From Macrostomum lignano (lineage: Eukaryota), in the NCBI GenBank assembly GCA_002269645.1, contig NIVC01000792.1:7888-71887 (forward strand): a stretch of DNA of 64,000 nucleotides, read 5' to 3'. The position numbers and the translations under genes were made by a program. A model generated the notes under the pieces. It saw only the letters and a program-made list of their open reading frames with translations, was not told the origin of the DNA and did not search any database. Shown here in pieces: positions 1-11,652 of this stretch (position 1 is its first letter; every line of letters begins with the position of its first letter).

Positions 1-117
1 TGCCTCGCTCAGTCATATGAATTTGAAAATGCACTGATATAGCTAAAGCCGGGTGAAAGCATCCTCGAGTATGCACAGGCTTACGCAGTCAGCTGATGCG
101 TCAGGCTCTGAAAAGGT

Positions 118-292
118 TGTAGTGAAACTACAACTTAACTTAGATTTGAATTGCAATATATTTTATGAGTTAACGACGAGAAGGCTTGGGGCGAGAAACT
201 TAACTGCGAGAAAGAACTGTAAAAGGAAATTAGTCTATGGTAATTTATGACAAACTGAGTTGCAAATAAAAAGTACAACAAAATTACCCATA
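118..292 (-). repeat. 3' LTR (175 bp)
   Basis: Matches 3412-3605 with no substitutions seen by eye; differences are two 1-nt indels and a 21-nt TTTATGACAA tandem expansion in the other copy. Confidence 0.93.
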
Positions 293-295
293 CGA

Positions 296-306
296 CTCCC
301 CCCTCC
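296..306 (-). promoter_or_regulatory. Polypurine tract (GGAGGGGGGAG)
   Basis: Purine run on the element sense strand ending 3 nt before the 3' LTR. Confidence 0.85.
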
Positions 307-545
307 AATTGCGGAGCACGGGGAAAAGAGACTGTAACTGAATTATAAAATGGTGGAATGGCTTAAATTATTGAAACGAAGCGGTTATACAGTTGAAATA
401 CGAGATAAATTTTATATGAGGGGTTGAACATTGAGAAATATTGAGAACATTGGAACAGCAGTCAGTAGACGTTATACATTACAAGGTTAATAATAAATGT
501 AATCATTATGGCGTCGGAATTGGACTCGGCGGCCGCTAGAGGTCG

Positions 546-2432
546 CTATAGGAGGTGATGAGTCCCTCGGTTCTTCTGGTTTGGCGGCTTTTTCCGGCAG
601 CGAGTTCGCGGCGGCTGAACAGCCGACTTCGGAAGCGAAAGTCGCGCCGGCTTGAGGCGATCGATAGAGACAGATTCGGTGTTGCCTGACGGTAGGAAAA
701 TAACGAAGAACTTGTCAGTTCGCTGTTTCACGCGATACGGCCCTGAGTACGGCGCCTCGAGTGGCGACCGCACGCGATCGACCCGAACCCAGACGAATTC
801 AGCCATTTCCAGGTCCTTGGGTACACGTAGCTCCGTGGTTCGTGCGTCTTCGCGTGTGGACTCGGTAACTCTGTCAGCAGTTCCTGCAGCCGTGTCCGAA
901 TGTCCGTTGGGGCGAGTGGTTCAGAAGTTAGAATGCGCGGAACCATCGGAAGCTCGCCGGTAACCCTGGTGAACGGTGATATTCCTTGGTCGTCAGGTGC
1001 GACGTGCATCGCGAGGAGAGCCACAGGTAGGTCTGTCAGCCAGTCATTGCCTCGGCACGTAGCATCGTCTTCAGGGTGCGATGGGCTCGCTCGACCTTGC
1101 CATTGGTTTGAGGGTGGTAGGCCGTTGTGCGTAATCGATGAAAACCAATTGATGACGAGACGAGTGAAAGAATTCTGATTCGAACTGGCGCCCCCGATCA
1201 GTGATTACATACAGTGGCACTCCGTAGCGCGAGACCCAAGACGAGACGAATGCATGGGCGACTACTTCCGCGGTTATTGATTCCAGTGGTGTAGCTTCTA
1301 GCCAGCCAGTCGAGCGGTCGACCATCGTGAGAAGGTAGCGGGCAGACTGGTGGCCAAAGGTGGTAGCATTAGCTGGTGGAAGTGGTCCCACAATATCGAT
1401 GTGTACCGCCTCAATGCGATTTGATGGTAATGCGAAGGCCTGTTGCGGGGAGACAGTGTAGCGAGTGACTTTACTCCGTTGGCAGTCCTGGCAGTTCCAG
1501 CAGGAGGTCTTGATGGACTTGCGCATTCCGGGCCAAAAGTAACGTTCTGTGATGAGTTTTGCTGTTTTACGGTAGCTGAAATGACCAAGTCGATGGAAGG
1601 AGGCAATTACGGCGTCGCGGAGAGACGGCGGAATGATCGGGCGAGGATACGGCGTTGACGTCTCACACCAAACGACGACGTCTTTGTCCAGAGAATACGA
1701 TCGAATATTTGGTGCAGGTGAGAACGACTCCGGTCGTTGTGCTTCAGCGATACTGGGCAGATCAACAGGGAATTGGCTTGATGGGGCAGCGACTACAGCG
1801 ACTGTTGCGATGTTGGACACGTGATCATTGACTGGGAAGTCAGGCAGTCGAGAAAGGGCATCAGCTATTACGTTGTCTGCACCGCGAATGTACTGGACAT
1901 CTGCCACGTACTCGGACAAGACGGTCAAGTAGCGCTGATTGCGATCTGACGTAGTGGTGCGATTGGCGTGGAAGGCCTGAGCTAGTGGTTTATGATCGGT
2001 GAACAAGGTCACGCTCAGTCCTTCAATGAGGTTGCGGAAGTGCAACACTGCCAGGTACGCCGCGAGTAGTTCTCGGTCGAACGTGCTGTACGTCCTTTGA
2101 GATGACGACAACTTTTTGCTGAACATGCCAAGAGGTGACGTTCCGTTGAAGAGGTTTGATGCAGAACGGCACCAACACAGTCGGCTGAGGCATCAGTGTA
2201 CAGGTGGTACGCAGTACAGTTGGGGTCCGGATGATGCAGCAGTAGTCTCTCTGAGAGAGCTTGTTTGATGTTTTCGAAAGATTTCTGATGCTGCTCTGTC
2301 CATTGGAAGTTTCCTGCTGACTGTAGTGATGCAGTGAGTAGGTCTTGCAGCGGACAGATGCGGTCGGCAAAGTTGGGAACGAATCGACGGTAGAAACCGA
2401 CGACACCGAGGAAGCGCCGAAGTGCGTTTAGT
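546..2432 (-). pseudogene. pol remnant: RT thumb, RNase H, integrase (HHCC, DDE, GPY module); frameshifted
   Basis: Motifs: LRRFLGVVGFYRRFVPNFA (RT thumb), LYTDASADCVGAVLHQ and YSTFDRELLA (RNase H), H..GH...C..CQ zinc finger, HIDIVGPLP, ITDRGRQFES, TTAYHPQTNGKVERAH, APYSGPYRV. Frame changes near 2148, 1160, 1055 and 825. No protease or YxDD motif. Confidence 0.92.
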
Positions 2433-3346
2433 TTAGTTTTCCGGCTGTCGAGAAGGTGATGATGAACGCGACTGAGATGGCGTTTTTTCATTGGGATGCA
2501 GCACTCGGATCGGACGCGAGCTGTCCTTGGGAAACTGGCACCAGGGGCGACACGACCGAGCACGGTGGCCATAGTAGAGGTGTGAGCGGCAAACGACGGG
2601 GCGTTGGCCAGGCTTAGATGGGTCTGTTCCAGTGGGCTTACCAGGTGCTTGTCGGTATGGAGCTTGCTCAAAGCGCTGTTGGGGTGTCCGATCTGCACCG
2701 GCCTGCTGAATTGGGCAAACTGTCGCTGGCGATGGAGAGCTAAGGCCTCTGACGACCAACATCGAGTCAGCAATCTCGGAAATTTACTGGGATGACTGCT
2801 GTTGGAATCCCGACAGTGCGATACGAAGGTCCTGTGGAAGACAGCGCATCAGAGTGGCCTTGAGGAGTTCCTCGTCGGGCTGTATCTGGCACTGCTCCAT
2901 CTTGCTCCGGAGTTTGCGCATGAAGATTGATGGCTTGTCTCCTCCGAGGTCCGAGACTTGCAATACTTCCGAAACCTTCTCCTGCTTGGACTTTTGCAGA
3001 GTCGATGTAATCGCTGTTTTCAGTTGTTCGTACTGTTTTGGAGTCTGAGCGGACAAGTGCAGAGCCGCGATATCCTCCGGTAGATGAGAGACTAGGTGGT
3101 AAAATTTGGCGGTCTCGTTGGTCACCCTGTTGAGCATAAACTGGGCCTCCAGCGTGAGGAACCATGCTTCCGGGTTGTTGCGATAGAAGATTGGCAGCTT
3201 CAGGTGGGCCAGGGAGACTGAAGCGGTGTCGGCGGCGTTTCCTACTGCATGTGTAACCACTGGAAACTTGGTGCGGCCGAACTTGGTGCGGCTTGCGTGG
3301 TTGTAGGTGGTGTAGGAGCGGAATTGTTGCTTGCACTGTCCGTCAT
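2433..3346 (-). pseudogene. gag (Mag-type) with a frameshift and an in-frame stop
   Basis: LKLPIFYRNNPEAWFLTLEAQF...KFYHLVSHL core. In-frame TAA at 2786-2784. The same frame continues to the knuckle CRSHLYYGHRARSCRPWC and ends PEN* at 2433. Probable ATG at 3346 (MTDSASNN) is out of frame with the core. Confidence 0.88.
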
Positions 3347-3392
3347 TGGATTTGTCTTCTGTGAGTATTGAGTATGCGAGTAATATCTTTCG

Positions 3393-3408
3393 CCGCCTCA
3401 CCGGACCA
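3393..3408 (-). promoter_or_regulatory. Primer-binding site candidate (TGGTCCGGTGAGGCGG)
   Basis: TGG begins 3 nt after the 5' LTR end; cognate tRNA not identified. Confidence 0.65.
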
Positions 3409-3411
3409 ATT

Positions 3412-3605
3412 TGTAGTGAAACTACAACTTAACTTAGATTTGAATTGCAATATATTTTATGAGTTAACGACGAGAAGGCTTGGGGCGAGAAACTTAACTG
3501 CGAGAAAGAACTGTAAAAGGAAATTAGTCTATGGTAATTTATGACAACTTTATGACAATTTATGACAACTGAGTTGCAAATAAAAAGTACAACAAAATAC
3601 CCATA
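3412..3605 (-). repeat. 5' LTR (194 bp)
   Basis: Direct repeat of 118-292, flanked by the AGGT TSD. Confidence 0.93.
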
Positions 3606-5502
3606 AGGTATTTAAGATTTCTCGAATAGGATTGTATAATTAACAAAGGAGTTTTTAGAATCTTCAAAAAAATATGCCTCTTGAATTTGTTAAAGAAAAT
3701 TTTAAATTACTCCCAGTTGGGGTCGTTTCACAAACTCGAAATTTCTCAATGTCGAAAGATGAAAACCCGAAATTTCACAACACCGAATAGTCTCCCCGTC
3801 TCTCCAGTGTATTTAGACGTTGTGATATTTCGGGTTTTTTAAAGCGCCCCCCAAGCCAAATTTTAGAAAGTTTTCTAAGTGAAGATCAAAATTATTCTGA
3901 GCAGGCTTTAAAAACTGCACCGTGAGAAATGCTCAAGCGCAATCATTAGCCATGGAAATATGCTGGGCCTTTTGTCGATCAATTATTTCTTCCAAAGGCA
4001 TTACAGTGTTTAAGCAGTTTTGTAGCCGAAAAGCGAGTGCGAGAGTGCAGAAAGCCACTAATATTGAACAGCGCGCACGGTGGAGAGCTGCTTGTTAGGC
4101 AGGCTCTGCATTTCTCGACCTAAAGCGCATCGAAAAAGATTTGTTTTTTTTGCATTTGGGTGGGTTCTTGACGACCTGCGCTCCGAGGGAGCGGGGGGCG
4201 GTGAGGCACACTTCCATTTTGCCGAAGAAAGAATATCTTTCGGTTTTTTTGCTATGAAATAGAGGGACGGACGGACAGGCAGACAGGCAGAGGCAGATAC
4301 ACAGCCAAAGGCTTCTCATTCAGCACATACCGACCAAGCACTGGAGTCCCATCTCTCTACCTCAGCCACGCATTCAACTCCGAGTTGCACCGAGACAGCG
4401 CAGGGCTGTGTCAAGCCTACACATCTCAGGGCGTGGTTGTGGCCTTAAAATTCATGAAAATACTGACAAGAGAAGGAAAACTAACACGAGAGAACGAATT
4501 GAAACAGCAGCAGACCAGACAGACAGACAGACAGCGCTTGCAGAAGCAAATTTGGCAAGATTGCAAGAAAGCTTTGCTATTTGGTAAGCAATATGGAAAT
4601 CAACTGATCGCTACTTGTACGTGTAAATTTGATTTAAAATGTCTATTTACCTTCTCCATTAAGGAGTGCGAACTTTCTACTCTTAAAAGTTCTGTCCCTG
4701 CCAATAAGAATAAAGGATCTTAGTGAAAACTAGCTTTTGTTGAAAAGGCAAGTTAACAATAAATTAAGATTGAAGGGGAAAGGTGACTGTTAGTTTCTCG
4801 GGCCTGTGGGGTATCAGTGTGAGCGCTACTAAAGACGAAGTTCCATTGAGCTCAATCTCGTCTAAAAAGCAAAAACATTTTCGCTTCCGGAAATGTTGTG
4901 AAAGCTTGTGAAAGTGAGTGAGCCTTCACGTGGGTTTAAATTAAGCAAAGATTAAGGGAGAGATCTGAAAGTAATGGAGGGAACGAATCAAATAGGGAAA
5001 GCTTATCCCTCTAAAAGCCCCTGCTCGCATATAGAAGGAAAATGCAATGCGGCAGCCTCCCGGATCGCTAAATAAATTATGGTGTAATCTAGCCACGAAT
5101 TTTTGTCTAATCTTCGCTTTGAGCTTTCCTTAATTCGTGCTCACAAAAGCCGAGATGATGAATAGCTTGTACAGAGAGAAAATCTGAAAACAGCTCTGTA
5201 AAGCTATAAGAGCATTCAATTGGGCTGTGATGTCGAAAACAACAAATTCTGCACTTTCAGCTTTTAGTTCGTACGCACACAGGTTGAAAATATGCTGTCT
5301 ATTTTTGCTGATATTGAAAAACAAAGATTTAAATGGACGACTGCTTCTGTAGTAACCAATCAATTAAATAGAAACCTACATGTAATTTTATTCAGCTAAT
5401 CCAGACACGCTCTAGTTATCCTTTTTCACGACAGATTTTGATGCAGATTTTGATCCATACTCAAGAACGCAGAACGCATTCAATTGACTGTCTCCAGACA
5501 CA

Positions 5503-8500
5503 ATGTGCTCGGTGCGAGTTGGAAAGTGCATTCTACTGCTGTGCGCAAGCATCGCCCTGGTGTTTAGCATAGCAACCAGCTATCTGAGCAACGGAAACGG
5601 TCTTGAGATAGGTCAAAAAATCGGCCTGTTCGAGTCCGGTAACACGAGTGGAATTCGTTCTTGGAGCGAACGAGGCGCGTTTACTAACAGCAGTTTCACG
5701 CCAGTCGGTTGGGCCTTCACCGCCTGGATCGCGATCTATGCCTATCAGCTGGTCGTGATCGCCCACTGCTGGACAACGCTCTGTCGACGAGCGCCTAGCG
5801 GCCGCGGCTTCCTGTGCAACGACCCGGATCTGGCCCCGGCCGGCCTCTTATTCTGGCACTTCATCGCCAGCCTGTTCAACATGGCTTGGATCTTCTTGGC
5901 CGACCGGGTGGATCGGTATAACTATCTGCTGATACCGCAGGTGAGTAGCCCAGTGGCGCGGTTGATACCAACTTTTTAAAGCTGGAGGTTGTCTTCTGCA
6001 GGCTTTTCAGGACAAGGGAGTGGGGTGTGTGTTTTGTTGGTTTGTCAGAACCACAGATACTAGAATAACTAGATGGGCCACTCAGCACATTTTCGTGTAA
6101 ACTAGTTTCAGTTCAGTAGTAAGCTAAACAGAAGCATTTTGATGTATTTATAAAGCCAAGATTCATTTATTGACTCTTACCCTCAGCTTAAACCCTCCAA
6201 TCCACCCCTTTCCACACTACCCCCGCCCGGACCCAGTTTTTATTTCCTTTCTTAGGATTCCAGCATAAAAGCTACCAGGTACATTTCAATGGACTGGCTA
6301 ATGTACATTATTGCTGAACCAATTAGCAAGTTGTTTAAGCCTGACCTTAAGCTTCTAAAATTCAACTCATTCCATTGCCTTTATTTATATAAAACAGCTT
6401 CCGTTTTCTTCTTTGCTATTGACCTGAAAGTAGAAAGCTGTTTTACGAAGCATATATTTCTGAGCGGCCCATCTATTTATTCTAGTATCTGTGGTCAGAA
6501 CAGACAACAATAAGGTGAATGTTTTGCTGGTTTGATATATACATGTATCAGGGAGTGTGGTGGGTGTTTTGCTGGTTTGATTTATACATGTATCAGGGAG
6601 TGGGGTGGGTGTTTTGCTGGTTTGATTTATACATGTATCAGGGAGTGGGGTGGGTGTTTTGCTGGTTTGATTTATACATGTATCAGGGAGTGGGGTGGGT
6701 GTTTTGCTGGTTTGATTTATACATGTATCAGGGAGTGGGGTGAGTGTTTTGCTGGTTTGATATATACATGTATCAAGGAGTGGGGTGGGTGTTTTGCTGG
6801 TTTGATTTATACATGTATCAAGGAGTGGGGTGGGTGTTTTGCTGGTTTGATTTATACATGTATCAGGGAGTGGGGTGAGTGTTTTGCTGGTTTGATATAT
6901 ACATGTATCAGGGAGTGGGGTGAGTGTTTTTCTGGTTGATTTATACATGTATCAGGTAGTGGGGTGAGTGTTTTGCTGGTTGATTTATACATGTATCAGG
7001 GAGTGGGGTGAGTGTTTTGCTGGTTTGATATATACATGTATCAAGGAGTGGGGTGGGTGTTTTGCTGGTTTGATTTATACATGTATCAAGGAGTGGGGTG
7101 GGTGTTTTGCTGGTTTGATTTATACATGTATCAGGGAGTGGGGTGAGTGTTTTGCTGGTTTGATATATACATGTATCAGGGAGTGGGGTGAGTGTTTTTC
7201 TGGTTGATTTATACATGTATCAGGGAGTGGGGTGAGTGTTTTTCTGGTTGATTTATACATGTATCAGGTAGTGGGGTGAGTGTTTTGCTGGTTTGATTTA
7301 TACAAGTATCAGGGAGTGGGGTGAGTGTTTTGCTGGTTTGATTTATACATGTATCAGGGAGTGGGGTGAGTGTTTTGCTGGTTTGATATATACATGTATC
7401 AAGGAGTGGGGTGGGTGTTTTGCTGGTTTGATTTATACATGTATCAGGGAGTGGGGTGAGTGTTTTTCTGGTTGATTTATACATGTATCAGGTAGTGGGG
7501 TGGGTGTTTTGCTGGTTTGATTTATACATGTATCAGGGAGTGGGGTGAGTGTTTTGCTGGTTTGATATATACATGTATCAAGGAGTGGGGTGGGTGTTTT
7601 GCTGTTTTGATTTATACATGTATCAGGGAGTGGGGTGAGTGTTTTTCTGGTTGATTTATACATGTATCAGGTAGTGGGGTGGGTGTTTTGCTGGTTTGAT
7701 TTATACATGTATCAGGGAGTGGGGTGAGTGTTTTGCTGGTTTGATATATACATGTATCAAGGAGTGGGGTGGGTGTTTTGCTGGTTTGATTTATACATGT
7801 ATCAGGGAGTGGGGTGAGTGTTTTGCTGGTTTGATATATACATGTATCAAGGAGTGGGGTGGGTGTTTTGCTGGTTTGATTTATACATGTATCAGGGAGT
7901 GGGGTGAGTGTTTTTCTGGTTGATTTATACATGTATCAGGTAGTGGGGTGGGTGTTTTGCTGGTTTGATTTATACATGTATCAGGGAGTGGGGTGGGTGT
8001 TTTGCTGGTTTGATTTATACATGTATCAGGGAGTGGGGTGAGTGTTTTGCTGGTTTGATATATACATGTATCAAGGAGTGGGGTGGGTGTTTTGCTGGTT
8101 TGATTTATACAAGTATCAGGTAGTGGGGTAAGTGTTTTTCTGGTTGATTTATACAAGTATCAGGTAGTGGGGTGGGTGTTTTGCTGGTTTGATATATACA
8201 TGTATCACGGAGTGGGGTGGGTGTTTTGCGGGTTTGATATAGACATGTGTCGGGGAGTGGGGTGGGTGCTTTGCAGGTTTATTAGCACAGGATGGCTGTT
8301 AAAAGAATCTTTCAGGCATAGCTGTGGGATTAAATAGTGTTAGATCAGGATGGGTTGATGTTCCGTTCAGGCCTTTATGCTAACAAATCACGATCGCTCA
8401 CCCACATGGCACCAAAACAACAGACTTGCGTACTGTTTGCCTTGGCTGTTAGCTTGGCTGCCGCTCTGTCCTCGTCCTACTACTGGCTGTACGTAGGCAA

Positions 8501-8951
8501 GAGGCAGCTGGCCCTACGCCAGTCCGCTTACTGGCTCACCGTAATCTTCGTGCAGAACGGCGTCGGTTTGTACGCCGGCTGGGCCGTCTTCGCCTCGTTC
8601 CTCAATCTGGACATCTCTCTGAACTACCTGAGCACCCTGACTAGCGAAACCTGCAGTTTCATCTGTCTAGGCCTGCTGAACTCAATTGTTGCTGCCTACG
8701 TGGTGATGGAGCTGACCACCTTGGACCGGGTGCTGCGCTTTGTGTTCACTCCGCACATGGCCATCGCCTGGGCCAGCGCGACCGCCATTTACAACAAGTT
8801 TAACGGTTGGATAATTCCTGACATTCTTCTGCTGCTACTGCTGAGCATCATCGGCCTGGGCCTGCTGCTCAAAATCATTGCTGCCATTGTGCGCTCAAAA
8901 GTGGAGCCGATTTTTCCGAGAAACTCCAACTCCTACTCGTTGAAGCCGTGA
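5503..8951 (+). CDS. Multi-pass membrane protein, TspO/MBR-like (FTPxGWxFxxWxxIY motif; PTHR33802-like); exons 5503-5940, 8424-8951
   Basis: ATG at 5503. CAG|GTGAGT donor at 5940/5941 and phase-0 acceptor CAACAG|ACT at 8423/8424 give YLLIPQ|TCVLFALAV. Many hydrophobic helices. Family assignment is from motif recall. Confidence 0.8.
6051..6494. mobile_element. MITE (444 bp) with 35-bp TIRs and apparent 6-bp TSD TCAGAA
   Basis: CCACAGATACTAGAATAACTAGATGGGCCACTCAG (6051-6085) is the reverse complement of 6460-6494 with 2 mismatches. TCAGAA lies at 6045-6050 and 6495-6500. Confidence 0.8.
6512..8280. repeat. 45-bp minisatellite, about 39 copies, intronic
   Basis: Unit GTGTTTTGCTGGTTTGATTTATACATGTATCAGGGAGTGGGGTGG, with 44-bp variants. 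Confidence 0.97.
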
Positions 8952-10353
8952 AGAATGAAGATAATGAGGCTCTCCAGTTTAGAAGTTGCAGTTTTAGTTT
9001 GATGAAAAAACTTACGAAGTGAACTTATTGTGATCTGCTTTTGCAAAGTTATTGACGAAAATGAGGCTGCCAAATCTCCAATAAGCATAAGTGACCGGAT
9101 CGAAATTAAAATTTTTGCACAACTACTTTCTCTGTGAAGCATCTAGGCTTCTAATTTGCTTAAATTGTGTTTATTCAATCAAAAGTTCAAAGCATGCCCT
9201 GATATGCCAGCTGGTTGCCGTTTCGGTTGCCAATTGTTCCACTGCTGGTTTTTCGAATATTTTAGGATTTCAAGTTCCAATATAAACTTAGGTATGCTCA
9301 TTTTTGCTAGAATTAGGCACCCTTTTAGACCACGACATAACTTATTTTTCACCAGATTTTCATTGTAATTTGTTTAAAATGATCCAGCGTATCTTGTTTT
9401 TCGTTGCGATGAATTGCCGAAAAATGGAGTTGACTTGCGCTGTTTCCATTTTATACCACTTTTAAGCACAAAACTAAGAGCTAATTTTTTACCTTTAAAT
9501 ATATCCATGCTATTAAAGACAATATATTTAAACGATTTACTATGTACACTGAAGCTAAACTTTTCTAATAACCACTTAAATGTATCGCAATGTAATATTT
9601 ATATTCAGTGTTGTGGCGGCCAGACTACGCGACCGGCAGCACCAGTGCAGCCGCACTGGAAACCCCCCCGCCTCTGTCTAGCTATATTGACCCTACAGAA
9701 TAAACGGCCAGGCGAGGCAGAAATGTCATTTTTTTTTTTCTACGGTCACGAGTTTTAATTTTTCAGAGTGCTGCCTTGACGCGAAATTTGTTCGGAAGAC
9801 GCTAGAACCCTTGCTTGTATTTGCGGATGTATCTGCCTCAAAGGTTGAACCCAAGGACCGGTAGAGGCCGGTAGACTCGGCACGCTGGAAAAGCAGTGTA
9901 CGATTGTCATGGACAGTGAAATCGCGAGACAGTTGATATTTTTTAATAGCACTGTAACAGAATTTATCCTAAATTAAATGAAGTTGGCAGCCATTAAAGG
10001 ACTGTGTTTAAAGTAAATTTGGACAAAAAACGCCTTCTAAAACAGAACTGTGTGACAGTGTAATTCGTAGAAGCCTATTAATCGTATTTCCTTGACCTCT
10101 TGTAGTGTGAGCATCTTTTGTGTTAGTTGCATTCTATTAGCTAGTTGATTGTATTAGTTTCTGTATTGTTGATAATTATTTTGCTTGTTTTAGTCACGCA
10201 TTTCAATGTAGTTTAGAGTTTATTTTGTGTAAACAGGTCAGAAGCTAGACGCCAATTGTGACTCAGCGGAGGGTCGAAGTTTTCCAGCATACCCCAGCTT
10301 TGCGCGGCCAGCCAATCGTGATCGGCATGGACCCTGGCACGCGGCAAAAAAAC

Positions 10354-10840
10354 AAGGAGCCTCTTCATATCGCCGATTCGAAAAACGGAACCGGTTCCGA
10401 ACCGGTTCGACGCTCTTCATATCGATGGTTCGAAAAACAGAATCAGTTCCGGAACATGGTTCTGGTTCTAGCATATAGTTCGAGAAATTTTCTGGAACCG
10501 TTGTCATGTTTACACTTTAACAGTAAAATATATTTGAAATCGTCACTTTTTTATTATTGTTATATAATTATTCCTTTTTTGTCATATCCAAGAGGAAACA
10601 AAGTCAAAGAACGACAAAATTAAATTGTAAAGACTGTCAAACATAAAATGGGTTCGAAGCTTCTCATTTCACACTGGTTCTGGTTCTAGAACTCGAATTT
10701 ATTCTGGTTCTAGAACCGATTGCCGTGAAGAGGCTCATGTTCCGGAACTGATTCTATTTTTCGAACCATCGATATGAAGAGCGTCGAACCGGTTCGGAAC
10801 TGGTTCCGTTTTTCGAACCGGCGATATGAAGAGGCTCCTT
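10354..10840. mobile_element. Foldback/MITE element with about 105-bp TIRs
   Basis: AAGGAGCCTCTTCATATCGCC...GGAACATG at the left is mirrored by CATGTTCC...GATATGAAGAGGCTCCTT at the right. Many internal GAACC/GGTTC motifs. No clean TSD. Confidence 0.8.
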
Positions 10841-11652
10841 ATCTCGCATGCATACCGTACTACTTGTATTCTTTAATTTTAACAATATTCTGCACCTATT
10901 ATTATTGCGCTAATGTTACTGTTGAATCTTTAGGTTTTGTAGCCTCGTATTTTTTTATTCTATTATTTGTATTTCTTGCATATCGTATTATTTCTCGTAA
11001 AGAACTAAGGTAGTTCCACCTATGTACATGTACTGGCGTTATAGTTATTCTTGCACGAGAATCGTATTTTATCGATTAATTTGTACATGTACATTGCGCC
11101 TGAGTGGGGTTTGTCTGGTTTTTGTATTAAGCTTGTTTTTATCTTGTTTACTCACCAATTATAAATATACACTTGCAGTCAGCGGCCGCTCTCTCCATTT
11201 GCTTCGTCGCTTCGCTTCTCGCTCTAAGCTTGCGGGTCCCTTAGCTGTCTGGCCTCTTTACCTTAACCCTCTACCGCCTGCCTCGGCCCACCCACCAATC
11301 AACTGAATCCTGACCGGCCCTTGCTAGGCGCATCAAATTAAGTACCAATCCAAATATACTAAATCTAAATATACTAAATCTCTAATATTTGTTGGTTTGT
11401 TTGTTTGTATGTTTGTCCATAACGCTCTAGAGATTGCAATTCTTGTGTCTATCTAAATATGCTAAATCTGCAAATTTACGCTAAGGGTAAAATCGGCTGT
11501 TGATCTGCTGGATCGTAGATTAATCCCAATTATCCGCTACACAAAGTCTTCCGCCTTATTCGTCACAACTGGGACTATCCTATTGTCAGTTTTAAATCTC
11601 TGTAAAAAGTGCTTTGTATACTAATTGAGAAGTAGTTCAGAGTTTTTCTTCA

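Larger units (their letters stand above)
118..3605 (-). mobile_element. Ty3/Gypsy (Mag-like) LTR retrotransposon, internally deleted, non-autonomous
   Basis: Direct LTRs at 118-292 and 3412-3605. 4-bp TSD AGGT at 114-117 and 3606-3609. PBS-like TGG just inside the 5' LTR and polypurine tract next to the 3' LTR. Gag, RT-thumb/RNase H and integrase motifs occur in Gypsy order on the minus strand. Confidence 0.95.

Noticed and set aside
1071-2126. 351-aa integrase ORF as a domesticated stand-alone gene
   Set aside because: It is bounded by frameshifts on both sides, loses the third catalytic-residue region, and lies within LTRs.
6385-8156. ORFs with TPLPDTCINQ / CFAGLIYTC repeats
   Set aside because: Artefacts of the 45-bp intronic minisatellite.
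9607-9889. Possible hAT MITE (CAGTGTTG...GGCACGCTG)
   Set aside because: The ends are not convincingly complementary and there is no TSD.
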